A DNA stretch of 64,000 nt from assembly GCF_009914755.1 (NCBI RefSeq), contig NC_060931.1. The stretch is one strand, 5' to 3'. This document shows positions 14,940 to 28,425 of the stretch, piece after piece; positions within the stretch are counted from its first letter, which is position 1; every line of letters begins with the position of its first letter. This stretch comes from the human T2T-CHM13v2.0 reference genome, Homo sapiens. The notes under the pieces were generated by a model. It worked only from the letters and a program-made list of their open reading frames with translations. It was not told the origin of the DNA and made no database searches. Made by a program: the position numbers and the translations under genes.

Positions 14940-15490
14940 GTTTGTATTCTGCGACTGCCATAACAAATTACCACACATTTATTGGTGTAGAATAGTACAA
15001 ACATGTTACCTTACAGTACTGTCAGGCAGAAGTCTGGAAGAGCTGAGCTGATTTCTTTTCTCTGGGTCTCACAAGGCCAAAATCAAGATGTTGACCAACT
15101 TGGGGTTTTATCTAGAGGCTTTCGGGGAGAATTTACTCCCATGCTCATGCAGGTTGTTGGCAGAATTCAGTTCCTTGGGGGGTATGGCTGAGGTCTCACT
15201 TCCTTGCTCGCTGTCTCCACCCGCTCAATGTCTCCTGCATGCTTCGTCACATAGCCACCTTCTCCATCAAACAAGCTTCTGATCTCTCTGACTTCCTGTC
15301 TGCCCCATTTCCTCTGCCTCCAGCAGGAGAAAGTTCTCTGCTTCTGAAGGTTCATGTAATTAGATTGGGCCCACCTGGTTAATCCAGGTTACTCTCTCTG
15401 TACAGTCCCTTTTGCTGTGAAAAGTTACCTGTTCACCAGCTTCAGGGGTTAACAGGTGGACATCTTTGGGGGCCATTTTGCTTATCAGAA
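14940..15490 (-). mobile_element. MLT1-family (MaLR) solo LTR
   Basis: ctgccataacaaattaccac...caaggccaaaatcaagatgttg...gtaattagattgggcccacc...ggacatctttgggggccatt resembles the reverse complement of MLT1 consensus. Confidence 0.75.
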
Positions 15491-15779
15491 GTGGGTACTA
15501 GAGTTTCCCATTCAATCCGGAGTCATGGAGTGAAGCAGAGCACAGGGGAGCAAATCCAGTCCTAGCCAGGTCAGACACCGTCTATTTTGCCTGGTCTCTG
15601 ACCCATCAGGTAACAGGCATAGGCTTCTGACTTCAAGTTGCCTGGTTCACAACTGGTATCTTTAAAATTATGTATAAGGAAGAAATCAGTTTTTATCTCT
15701 AGCACAGAGGAAAAAGAGATTATGCTCAAGAAGGCCGCTGGCCTCTGAGGTAACTGAAAGTTTGGCCCGACATTTCTAG

Positions 15780-15950
15780 GTCTGTGCTGACAAATGCAGT
15801 AGCCATTAGGCCTCTGTGGTTCCAGGGCACTTAAAATGTGACTACTGTGATTTAGGAACTGAATTTTTTTACTATATTTAAATGTAATTAATAAGAGTTA
15901 AGGGCCACATGTGGTTGGTTGCTGCCATATTGGGTGACACAATTCTAGAT
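15780..15950. mobile_element. MER3/MER33-like hAT-Charlie fragment
   Basis: gcacttaaaatgtg..gaactgaatttttt..ccacatgtgg motifs. Confidence 0.6.
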
Positions 15951-16814
15951 CATTTAAATGCTCGTCAGTGTAATACAAATGTGGATGTCTGCTGCTTTGG
16001 AAACACTACACTAAAGAGTCATTGCATTTTGCACTCAAGTGTCCAGAGATCTTGCTTTTTATTTTTGCTTCTCACCCCTATCTTTTATTTGTAAACACCC
16101 TGAGTATAATAGCTCTGGAGTACCCAATAAGCATAATAAATCTGCAGGGGGAATAGTGGAAATATCAAAGAACATCAAGCAGACATTCCTTTCCCTGCCT
16201 CCTCCCCTCCAGAAGCCACGCTGTTCCCTCCTGAGGGGCGCAGCCTGTTGCAAGTGTCTCTATTCCTTTCTCCTTCTTGTGTTGTCTCTCTCTCTTTTCT
16301 GTTGGGAACTGTTAGGGGTTAGACACACAGCTCTCTACCCTTTTTGAACTCCCTTAAGAATTCACCTCTCTGCTGTTGTTCCCGATCTCCTTGATCTCCC
16401 CTAACTCTACTCAGAAAACACCGTAAAGGCTCAGCTTCCTGTTCATCACATATGAGATGCTATTGAGAGGGGCTCCATTTTCTAAATAAGCCTTCCAAAT
16501 AAAGAGCTGATCCAGGTCTTCCTCACTGGGCCCCTGTGGGTGTGTGTGTGTGTGTGTGTGTGTATATATCTTAATTCTTAAGTTTTAGGACATTGAAAAC
16601 TACCGCATTTTACAAAGTGAAGCATGAACAGAAATGCAGTCATTTTTACCTCTCCTTATGTAAAAGAAACACATGATATGTGATACCTTTCCTCAAATTT
16701 ATTGATATCATTTTCATTTGATTAAGAAAATATTTACAAATTTAGTGAATGTTCAGCCTCAAAATAAAGATGAATATAAGAAGTCACTGGAGAAAAACAC
16801 TATTCGCTTTTAGC

Positions 16815-16966
16815 GTTTTTGTTTTGTTTTTTTGCAGCTTTATTGCCCAGGCTGCAGTGGCATGATCATGGCTCACTACAGCCTTGACCTCCAGGGCTCA
16901 AGCAATCCTCCCACCTCAGCCTCCCAAGTAGCTGGGACTATAAGTACCTACCACCATCCCTAGCTA
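16815..16966 (-). mobile_element. Partial Alu/monomer
   Basis: T tract then gcccaggctgcagtggcatgatcatggctcact...cctcccaagtagctgggacta. Confidence 0.85.
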
Positions 16967-17294
16967 AGAAAGAGATGATTTTAACAACAATGTCATCCCT
17001 AGTATCCACTGTTACCCATTCCACCTTCTACTTATTTGATTTTCATGAAACAATATATCCCTCTCATCATTTGGGGAGACTTTATAATACTGGGGCTCAA
17101 TTTCTATTCATTGTGAGGATAGAGCTCCTAGAGTATTCTTATTAACACCTGCATCTAACATGTTGTGTACATAGTGGTCTTACTGACCTAAGAATATACC
17201 ATCAATAAATAGTATTGACATAGCAAAGAAAAAAACAGAAGAGAGGAAGGAAGGTTGCACAAGCTAATTATTGACACAAATAGCAATTAAATGC

Positions 17295-17510
17295 TTGGAG
17301 CCAGCATCATCTTTGGTAGCATAGGAACCAGGTTCATCCCTAGTTCCACTACTGAGCTGTGTAATATTCAGGAAGCTCATTAACCTCTCTGAGCCTCAGC
17401 TTTTCAATTTGTATAACCTCTTGGCAGGATTATTGTTTAATCTTTAAGTAAGGTAAGGGTATAAATTACTGGGTACCTTACTAGACACAGTCCTTTGGCA
17501 AATATTAGTT
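17295..17510 (+). mobile_element. MIR SINE
   Basis: Core motif cattaacctctctgagcctcagcttttc. Confidence 0.65.
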
Positions 17511-18440
17511 TACCTCCCTTCTCTTTTTCAGTGCTCCCTGTCCTACCTCCCAGTGAGAGCGTTTCATTCAGCTCCGAATAAGCAATTACTCTTGAACATG
17601 GATACCACTCCTACATAGAGTCCCCAGACATCTTCTGGAATATTCTTTTTACCTTCTTAGGGGCACATGCTGAACTGCTTGGTCACCAAAACTTTTTTTT
17701 TTTAATGCTTGTTGTGTAAAAACAAGATTTCCCCTTCCTCAACAGTTTCTTCCTAAGAGTGGTGTGTTAACAAATAGCGTTGTACATAATTAATGCAATA
17801 CTGTGATTTGTTCTTAGTCTTGAAACACATTTTATTAGACAGTTTTCCAAATTAGATTGAAAGAAACCCATAGACAGGTCACTGTTACCAAGTTCAAATG
17901 TCTATTGGACCTTTTCTTGTAATATAACCTGTACACAAACTGATGGATAACCCTAAGCCAGATGTGTGGGATCTGGGCATCCATTTGGCCCAGTCATTTC
18001 AGAGGTGAGACTAAAAGTAATTATCCTTGCTGTTTACAGCATTTAAAGGGGGAAGGTAGATGAATTATCTCTCAAAACACAATGAATAAAGGCTGGGAGC
18101 ATGGCCATGCCATATCTGTTGTGGTGAGGAAAATGGGAAGGGGATTCTGAAAGTAACTGGCCTTTTTCTTTTAGACACTGAGCCACATCCATACCCTAAG
18201 GCACAGATCCCATGTTAAACGGTTATTTCCATCATGGCAGTGACATTTACTTTAACAACAGATTTCATTATGTCTTTAACAACAACAAAAATGCACTGAA
18301 AAGCCTGAAACACACACATACACAACTCCCAACACAATTATTTTTCTGTCTTCTCTGAAAGAATATTTTAAAATCATTTCAACATCTTTGGGATTTCAGA
18401 AAAATCTAGTATTGGTTTACAATGGAAGTCTCATAGAGTT

Positions 18441-18472
<32 letters not shown>

Positions 18473-20207
18473 GTTATTATTACTCAGACTATAAATGAGA
18501 CAAATGAATAGAAATATTAAAGGGATCAATATTCTGGCCCTCATTATATTGTTATACAGCATATCTTTGTGTATCTCTATGTGAATTCTCTGCTAGTCCT
18601 CAGCTGTATTTAATCCCTCAAGACTTGATATACAAACATAATGCCAAATAGAGAACTTCCCTTAAATTATTCAAATCTCCCCATAAGTGATTTCCCACTC
18701 TTCCTGCAATAGAAAACATTTGATCATAAATTCAATTAAATCAGCCATCATCTTTGTGATGTTTGTCCAGCTAAATCCTTTAGTGACTAAACCAATAAAC
18801 ATACCAGCTGTGAGTGTGCATGTGTGTGTGTGAGTGTGTGTTTATGGCATAACTATTGCAAAAGAATCGATTTGAAGTAAAGATGAAGGGTAGTTCTCAT
18901 TTCTTAGGCCAGATTTTAACTACTTCACTGAAGCCAGGGCTTAAAAGATTAAACTTTTAGGGATAAAATCATGTGTACTTCTTTAAATGCTTTGGCTTTT
19001 ATTTGCTAATTTAGAACTGAGTTTTAATAAGTTTTAGATCAAAACTGATGTACTTTGGAGATGTTAGGAAAAGGCATCAAACCACGTCAACCATTCTTCC
19101 TTCTCTTTCTTCCCCAGCCTCTCCTCCCTAGTTAAAACAAAGAAAAAATGACTGTCGACATACTTTTAAGTTTCTCAGGGAAAACGGCATGATAGGACTA
19201 TATTACTGTTTATAATTTCTTATATGTCTGTCGGCTGAAGAGGTAAAGTTTATCAGAGGCTTATAAATGTTGATTGCTTCTCATCTTGATTCTAAAGCCT
19301 TTTAGACACGCAGATATACCCAACCTCCTCCCCTCTTTTTCATCTTACCTTTACTAATGATCCTATTTGGATATAACTGAACCCTATTTATGCATCTTCA
19401 CATATGTGTATATCCATGTGGCCTGTAGAGGGCAGCATGCTCTGAGGGGAAAAAAAAAAAAAACAGGCAACTGTTTATCTCCGTAAAATATGAGATACGC
19501 AGCTATATATATATTTTCCGATAGCAAAACAAGTAAAATGTCTCTGTTAGAGAAGCCAGAGCTGCCCCATGCTTTGTCTGTCCCTCTCTGCCACGTTAGG
19601 TGTCTGTTTGGATGATGAATATTTTTTATGAATTGGCTCAGCCTACCTTGGAGGCTACTTAGGGATTACACCAGGCTCCATGCCTTTGCCACCAAATGGG
19701 ACTAAGCACATCATTATATTTATAAAGATAAATACAAATGGAATTTTTTTCATTTGGCTCTCATTTCTTGTCACCCTTTACTGAAGTGTAGAATTTGAGT
19801 CAAGCTGTACCTATAGTTCTAATTTTATTTGGTAGTCAAGTGGGACTTTACCTTCCTATCTTAGAATTCTGCTGTCTCACATCCTTTGCTTTTAGCTTGT
19901 GACTGCCAAAAAATTCTAGTGCCTTTTATTTTTCCCAAGAAAATGAAAAACATTTCCACAGGGACATTTTCTGTTCAGAGTAGACGTTGGGCTTAAAGCT
20001 GGGCTCCTTCCTTTGCCTGCCTCACACTTCTTTGGGGTGAGTCCCTGATCAGGACCCCTTCTCTGTTGCCACATTCATTGATTTTCTCAATCCAGTCTCT
20101 ACCGTTCATCTAAAGAGGCAAATCCTCCCATTGTGTGAACTACACTATTCCTTTATGAGAATGTAGAAATTTCTAGAAGCTGCGTTACATATTTTAAGGA
20201 TATAGAG

Positions 20208-20418
20208 CAGTACTGTCCAATAGATCTTTATGCATTGACAAGAATGTTCGCTATCTTCACTTTCCAGTATGGTAACCACTAGCCACGTGTGGCTATTGAG
20301 TAATTTAAAATGTGGCTAGTGCAATTGAGGAACTGAATTTTTAATTTCATTTAATTTTTATTAGTTTAAATTTAAATAACCACATGTGGCTAGAGACTAC
20401 CAAATTGCGTGGTGCAAG
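20208..20418. mobile_element. MER3 DNA transposon (hAT-Charlie)
   Basis: cagtactgtccaataga...ccactagccacgtgtggctattgag...ccacatgtggctag. Confidence 0.75.
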
Positions 20419-20987
20419 ATAGAACATAACTTCTGATCAGCTTGAAGCAAGTGTTTTACCATAATGTGTTGTGAGGTGAATTAGGATTTTCAGCTAAAAA
20501 CCTCCTGCCCAAGTTTTTATTTTTGCACTTATTTCTTTATTATATAGCTATAGGCTTAAATCCAAATCCTATGACTCTGCCCCAGGATTTGCTTTCTCTC
20601 AGAACATCCGAGAGATTTTCCATTTTCAAATTCTTCGATTTTGTTGAATATTGAATGTCTCTCTCTTGGGTATCCAGAATGGAGTTTCAAAGCATGGCAT
20701 TTCGGCAGCACTGATTCTGTAGGCGCTGGCCATTTCACAGTCTAAGCTCTGTCACTCGTCACCTGTTTGTATCTAGTGTTCCTAAATATAGAAACACAAC
20801 TTAGTAAATGTGCTAAAATGTGTCGGGCTACATAGAAGCTTGACACCCAGCTCATTAACTAAGTTGGTTTTGTTTGTGTGTGTGTGTGTGTGTGTATGAG
20901 CAGCTGTTTACATTGACTACAAATAAAGCGTAGGTTTGTATCATCCTTTTTGAAATGACCTCAATATTATTTTGAAAATGTTCTTGT

Positions 20988-21560
<573 letters not shown>

Positions 21561-21569
21561 AGAAAGGGA

Positions 21570-21645
21570 GAAGGAAGGAAGGAAGGAAGGAGGGAGGGAA
21601 GGAAAGAAGGAAGGAAGGAAGGAAGGAAGGAAGGAAGGAAGGAAG
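21570..21645. repeat. (GGAA)n microsatellite at the Alu tail
   Basis: 15 GGAA units, 9 of them consecutive (21609-21644). Confidence 0.92.
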
Positions 21646-23504
21646 TTATTTTAAGCTCCCAAGTAATCAGATGAGTTTTTTTTTTCTCTCTTTCATTTCT
21701 TTAAATACTTCCATATCTTTACATATGATCTGCAAATGCCTGTCTTCAGTTTCCTACATTATGCCGATATTGTTAGTTTTAAGACATCAGTAGACTGGTT
21801 TTTTTTGCCACCAGCTTCTGATTCATGTTAGAGATATACCCGAAAACCTGCATGTACCTGGAAGTTATAAGTAGTTGGACCCCAGATGATACTCAATGTG
21901 CAGCGTTTTAATCCTATTTATTTGTCTTTCTTTTATTTCAGTTATAAAGGTGAAAATGCTGATCAAAAAGATAAAAAGCTCTAGCAATCATGCCAATTTG
22001 GGTTTTCTTAAAGCCACAGATATGAAATGTCACCTTTCCATTATAAATCATTTTATATAAACAGCCAGATGTAGAGTTAAAGTCAGGAATAAAGGACTGT
22101 GAAACAAAGGTTGTGCTCAGTTCCAGTAAAAGATAGCCTCAGCCTATTTTATGCTCACCATCAAACCACACTTTGGAGCATCTGTGCCCCCAGATCTACA
22201 ACCTCCTCCACATGAGAGAGGAATGTAGGGTCTGCTGGGAGTCATACTATAAGAATAATTTGACCAGCCTCTTGGAAAAACCTAGGCATCCTCTTACCAC
22301 AGGGCATGACAGAGAGAAATAGAGGCCATGAAGCTTTTAGCAGTGTTTTTTAGTAATGAACTTTAAGACTGGGCTCCCATGCACAAAGCAAGTTCCCTGC
22401 CATTGTAAGATTGGTAGCCTTTCCGTTGATGAACATGCGAATTATCGCAGAAAAATCGTTTCACTAAAGTTTCTACAATGTAGCAACTGTTTCTGTGTTG
22501 GGAACAGCCAATTGCAAACTCCAGAAGTACTTTAGGCTGTTTGATAATAGCATTTCAGTCAAATGCAGATTCAGATAAGCATAGAGAGAGAAAATGAAAA
22601 GTCAAAGGCAAGGACTTGCAACTAGAAGGAGAACACGAGGTACCACTACTTAACTCTTCCTCATAACATAGAGTTGAAATACATCCTGCAGATTTGTTGT
22701 TAAAAGTCACTCCTTAAATTACACATTCACATTCTAATGTAGAAGGAAACGATCTTTTTGAAAGAATATCCGTTGAAAGAAATACATGAATTTTTGTTCT
22801 AATTATTTGAAAATCCCTCCTCCAATGTTTTCATATTTATTGCATACATCACAGAGTAAATAAATTATTTGCCAGGACTTGAACTGCAGAACAAAAATGA
22901 CAAACAAAAATTTTATGCATACTAACTTTAGCACCTGCCATGTAAGACTTTGCAGTATTTTCTCCCTAAACACACATCACAGTTACTCAGAATTCTAGCA
23001 GATTTCAGTTTGATACTCTGCAGCTCTGAGGACTGGTTCAGATGTGTGCGTGTCACTCTATTTGGAAGTATTCGAGCATAAGGATTGGGAACGGGAAAAG
23101 AAGAATGAGGATGACCAAGTAGAAAGCATGCTTTTGCACTGTTGCGTTGATCAATCTGGACCTGAGGCCAGCATCCTGGTGCCTACTAGGCAGGAGGAAA
23201 TCAAGATGTATAAAACTAAGGTAGGCCAGAGAAACAGGAACCAATCATGGTGGACCATAAAATGAGGAAGTCATTGGACATTTAGAAAAAGGACAAACAG
23301 AGTGGGCCTGAAGGGGAGATTGGCAAAGAGAGTAGTATACTTTAGTGTGTAACACAGCAAAACACAGTTACAAAATCTTCTTAAAATTTGGAGACAGATT
23401 CTGAAGCATATCTATCAAGAGAATGTTTCTATCTCAAGGTACTTAAAAGAATATTGAAAATATTTGTTCTTAAGGTACCTCACCATTATCTTATTTTAGC
23501 AAGC

Positions 23505-24082
23505 ATTTAAAAACAGAACTACCATTTGACTCAGCAATTCCATTACTGTTTATATATCAAAAAAGAAAATAAATCATATTACCAAAATGGCATATGCACT
23601 CACATGTTCATCGTAGCACTGTTCACAATAGCAAATACATGGAATCAACCTAGGTGCCCATCAGTGTTGAACTGGATAAAGAAAATGTGGCACATATACA
23701 TCATGGAATACTGTGCAGCCATAAAAAGAATGAAATCACATCCTTTGCAGCAACATGGATGCAGCTGGAGGCCATTAATGTTAAGTATATTAACATAGGA
23801 ACAGAAAACCAAATATTGAATGTTCTCGCTTGTAACTGGGAGCTAAACATTGAGTATTCATGGACACAAAGATGGCAGCAATAGACACTGGGGACTATTG
23901 GGAGGAGGGGGAGGGGTAAAAGGGTTGAACAAGCACCTGTTGGTTACTATGCTAACTACCTGGGTAATGGGATCATTCGTACTCCAAACCTCAGCAACAT
24001 GCAATTTACCCATGTAACAAACCTGCACGTGTACCCCCTGCACCTAAAATAAATTTACAAAAAAGGAAAAATAAATAAAAAT
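23505..24082 (+). mobile_element. 5'-truncated L1 (L1PB/L1MA-like) 3' end
   Basis: ORF2 C-terminal remnant (CTHMFIVALFTIANTWNQPRCPS..WIKKMW), 3'UTR and A-rich tail. Confidence 0.88.
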
Positions 24083-25784
24083 TATGAGACCTTTTTCATA
24101 TGAGTTCACTCATGATCTCAATCCTCTTTACTTCATGTTTTTTCCCATTAATTTTAAATTCTTCAATGAGGTTTCTCCTACCAAAATATTTTCAGGGATG
24201 TACTCTAATTTGGGAAAGAATATTGCAGTCCTAAGGGACTCTTTTAAGTCCATTTAGTAAGGTCAGTTTAATTTTTTACAAGTGTAGCGGTGGGGGAGAA
24301 GTGGTAATAGTGCAGTATGAAGTATCACTGGCTACACTTGTTCACGGCACACGTCTGTGCCTCACAGCATGCCAGAATGCTTTGTCTGTATCATCTCATT
24401 TAATCCCGAAAACAACTCTCAAATTGTTTTCCTGGTAGGAGCATCTAAGTTTATTTTACAAATTTTATTTTCCTGTCTTCAGTTATTTTGTAGTCTCAAG
24501 AGCAGATCTAGGAAGTACCTGTCTCATTTGCCATTTTTATACCAAACAGGGCTGAGACTAGAGTGAGGCATGTAAGGTGCTCATCTTGGGTTCAGAATTT
24601 AGGTGGTGTGAAGAAAAATCTCAGCGATCAAGATAAATAACACTTTAATGCAATATTTCAAAAACTCGAAAGATAGCTTCAGTACCTTGTATGCTCTCCA
24701 TCAGACTACCCTTCATTAGCACCCAACCCCACATCCACAACCCACTTCTTCATAAACACCAATACTGGTGAGGTTATAGAAAAATGAGCCCATTCATTTA
24801 CTGCGGATGTCCCTGTAAACTGGTAAATGTGAAAAACAATATGGAAACATCTGTTAGCGGCCATAAAGATGTCATGGAACATTCAAGAAATTTAATTTAG
24901 TATCTTGATGCTCTGGATGTTTGGGAATGCTGTTTCCACTCTTATAGAACTTATCTTCTAGAGTAGCGAGGACAGCAAACAAAAAATAGACAGTATAATC
25001 TCAAAGAGAGCTAAGTACATGAAGACAATAAAACAGAGCAATGTGATGAAAAAGAGCACTGGCAGCCTGTAAGCATATGAAAGCTGGGATTTTTACTTTT
25101 TTCTTAATCCGTGTCCTTAGCGCCTACAACAGAGCCTGTCCCATAGAAGGCACTCAGTTCATATTTGTTGAAGAATGAAAGTGCTTGGTGGTGAGAGTAT
25201 AGTGAATGTGGGGAGAGTGAGAGAAGAGGAGACTGGTGAGTGAAAGCAGAGGCCAGCCAAGGAATGGCCCTGCAGGCCAGAGTTTGGGATTTTCCTTTAC
25301 TTCCAACAGGAAACCTGAGGAATTATGTTTTGAACCTACCAATTTCACTTGTTAGTATTTCTCCCAAGGAAATAGATCAACCAAGTAAAAACCGAGTTGC
25401 CCCAAAATTCTCATTATTTTATTGTAGTTTAAAATTTTTAAAAAGACTTGGTATCAACTTAACCAAGATTAAAGGAATGGGGAAAGGTTTAACAAATCAT
25501 GATTCAGCAACTCAGTGGAATATTACACAACAATGTTAGGAAATTACGTATGGAGATTTTAAAAACATAGGAAATTCTCCCTATGTTTCCTGGAAAAAGA
25601 TTAATAAAAAATATATATACTAACATATTACTATAAAAAGTCTGTGGACTAGCTGTTACTGAAATGTAATATACAAGATGAAAATGGTTGTGATACAGTA
25701 GTAGAATTTTGGGTGATTATTTTTCTACTTTCCCAAAATTATCTTTAATATTGTCACATTATTTTAATAACAAAAATGTTGCTT

Positions 25785-25966
25785 AATTTGTGTAGAGTTT
25801 CTGCTTAGGGTGATGACAGGGTTTTGGAAATACTGTGATGGTTGTACAATATTATGAATGTAATTAATGCCACTGAATTGTACACTTAAAATGATTAAAA
25901 TGGCAAATTTTCAGTTATTTATCTATATTACCACAATTTGCCAAAAAAAAAAAAAAAAAAAAAAAA
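25785..25966 (+). mobile_element. L1M (L1MB/MC-like) 3' terminal fragment with poly(A)
   Basis: gtgatggttgtacaatatt..aatgccactgaattgtacacttaaaatg followed by an A run. Confidence 0.75.
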
Positions 25967-25989
25967 CAGTTATCTTCTATAATCATCAG

Positions 25990-26450
25990 TGTGGCCAGCA
26001 GCCCCAAAGGTGGCTCCCAGCGATCCCACCTTCTGGTCTTCACACCGTTCTCTCTTCATCCCAGGATTGGTCTTGGTGACCAATAGGATGTGACAGAGGT
26101 TATTGCACATTACTTCCAAGGTTAGGTTATAAAAGATTGCATCTCCTGTCTTGGGCTCTGGCTCCTTCTATCTCTGATCACTGGCTCTGGCAAAGCCAAC
26201 CAACATGTCATGTGCCCAGCCCTAGAGAGAGGCTCACATGGTGAGGAACTAAGACCTTTTTTGCCAACAGCCATGTGAACGAATTACCTTGGAAGTGGAT
26301 CCATCAGACCCAAACTTCAAATGAGTACAACCCTGGCTATCAGTTTGACTGCAACTTTGTCCCTGAATCAGAACTACCCAGTTAAGCTTCTCCCAGATTC
26401 CTGATCCTTGGAAACTATGAGATAATAAATATTTGTTGTTTAAAAAAAAA
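25990..26450 (+). mobile_element. MLT1-family solo LTR
   Basis: TG start tgtggccagcagcc..; gagaggctcacatggtgaggaact; cccagattcctga..gaaactatgagataataaat. Confidence 0.75.
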
Positions 26451-26976
26451 AGAAAAGAAAATATAAATTTTTTTATCTTGCTTTCATTACAGCTATCCTC
26501 ATGGGTATGCAATAGACACCAGCTCTTTTTTCCCTAAATTTGAAGTCTTGTTTTCTCCTCTTTTAATGGAAGTGCTGGGTGCAGCAGACTTTATTAATTA
26601 ACATTAAAAGGAGTGCTGTGCAGTAAAGTAAAATTTATTTATTTCCATCTGACACCTCACAGTATCATGGTCACAAAGTCGAGTGCATCACTAGGCCTTG
26701 GCCTGACATGAGATGCCTATAACCATGTTTTTGCATATGGAGGAGATTCGTAAAACTAGCTACATTGCTAAGAGAATATTAAGTGGCAAAGTGAGAATCA
26801 AAGTAAACAGCCCAAGTAAAAGAAAAGTCTACACCCTCAACAGGATACAGCATTTATGGATGTCAAAAATTTTTTCTCTTCACAAAAGGGAAAATGAAAA
26901 GCTAATATAACCTCAAAATGGACTTGAGTAAAATTCAGGTATTGAAAGGAAATTTTATTATATAAAAACATATTCG

Positions 26977-27294
<318 letters not shown>

Positions 27295-27519
27295 TTAAAA
27301 AATACAAAGAACTAAATTTATAAATTTTCTTGGACCTCTATACATGGAGTTAATATATCTAATTGATACAAAAAATTATATCTAGATTACACACTAATAA
27401 GATTTTTTTTTGTATACATTCCAGGATTTTCTGAGTGCTCTAGAATCATCATGTCTTACTTTCATAATGAGAAAAAAAAAAACAAGCTATAAATATAGCC
27501 TATAGATGGAATGATACAG

Positions 27520-27720
27520 GGAAGAGAGCTCCAACATTTGAGGCGTGTAATGGGCTCTGCCTCACTTGCTGTGTGACTGAGGCTACGTTGCTCCTCCTGT
27601 CTGAACCTCAGCTCCTTCATCTGCAAGGTGGGATGGTGATGATCACCTCACAGGCTGGGTGTGTAGTATAAGGGAGATCACATGTGAAAAACATCGCTAG
27701 CACGTAGTAAACCATATGTT
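27520..27720 (+). mobile_element. MIR SINE
   Basis: gctgtgtgact...ctgaacctcagctccttcatctgcaag core. Confidence 0.6.
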
Positions 27721-28252
27721 TCCTTCCCCTTTGTATATCTTCCCCCAGTATTTAGAACAAGGGTTCCATCTCCTGGCTGGCCATGTCTTCTGTGTAATGG
27801 GAAGAGATGAGATCATTCACCAGGTAGTTGGTTCAGTGTGCAGTTGGGAAGACACTGTGGGTTAGAGAAGGCAGATAGGAAACTCCTTGTAGGAGTGGAA
27901 AGCATTGAGAGGGATTCTGACATTTCTTTCTTAGAGAACAGGGCCTGTGTAAAGGATGCTCAACTATTCAGCAGTCTTAATCCAATTCTTGCTTTAGACA
28001 TAAGCCGTTTATCTTTCTTTCATAATGAAAGCATATATTTTCAAATTCCAGATGCAATGTCATAAGATAAAGAAGCTGAAATTAGAGTGCCCAGCAAATA
28101 GATTTTTCATTTGCTTTGAACTAAACTTTAATAACCCATGACCTCCGACCTAACTGAATATTCTCTCATTTTGATATAAATGGGAGCATTATTTTTGGTG
28201 ATTTTCTGCAGTCCTAACCATTTAATACGTTTAGTCTACAAGATAATTTTTT

Positions 28253-28425
28253 AGGGATAGCATTAGGAGATATGCCTAATGTAAATGATGAGTTAAGGGG
28301 CGCAGCACACCAACAGGGCACATGTATACATATGTAACAAACCTGCATGTTGTGCACATGTACCCTAGAACTTAAAATAAAAAAAGAAAGAAAAAGAAAG
28401 AAAGAGAAAAAAAAAAAGAAATAAA
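28253..28425 (+). mobile_element. Extremely 5'-truncated L1PA (3'UTR tip + A-rich tail)
   Basis: agggatagcattaggagatatgcctaatgtaaatgatgagtt...gtaccctagaacttaaa + tail. Confidence 0.9.

Noticed and set aside
20701-20711. TTCGGCAGCAC resembling the U6 snRNA 5' region
   Set aside because: Only 11 nt with no extension on either side; chance match.
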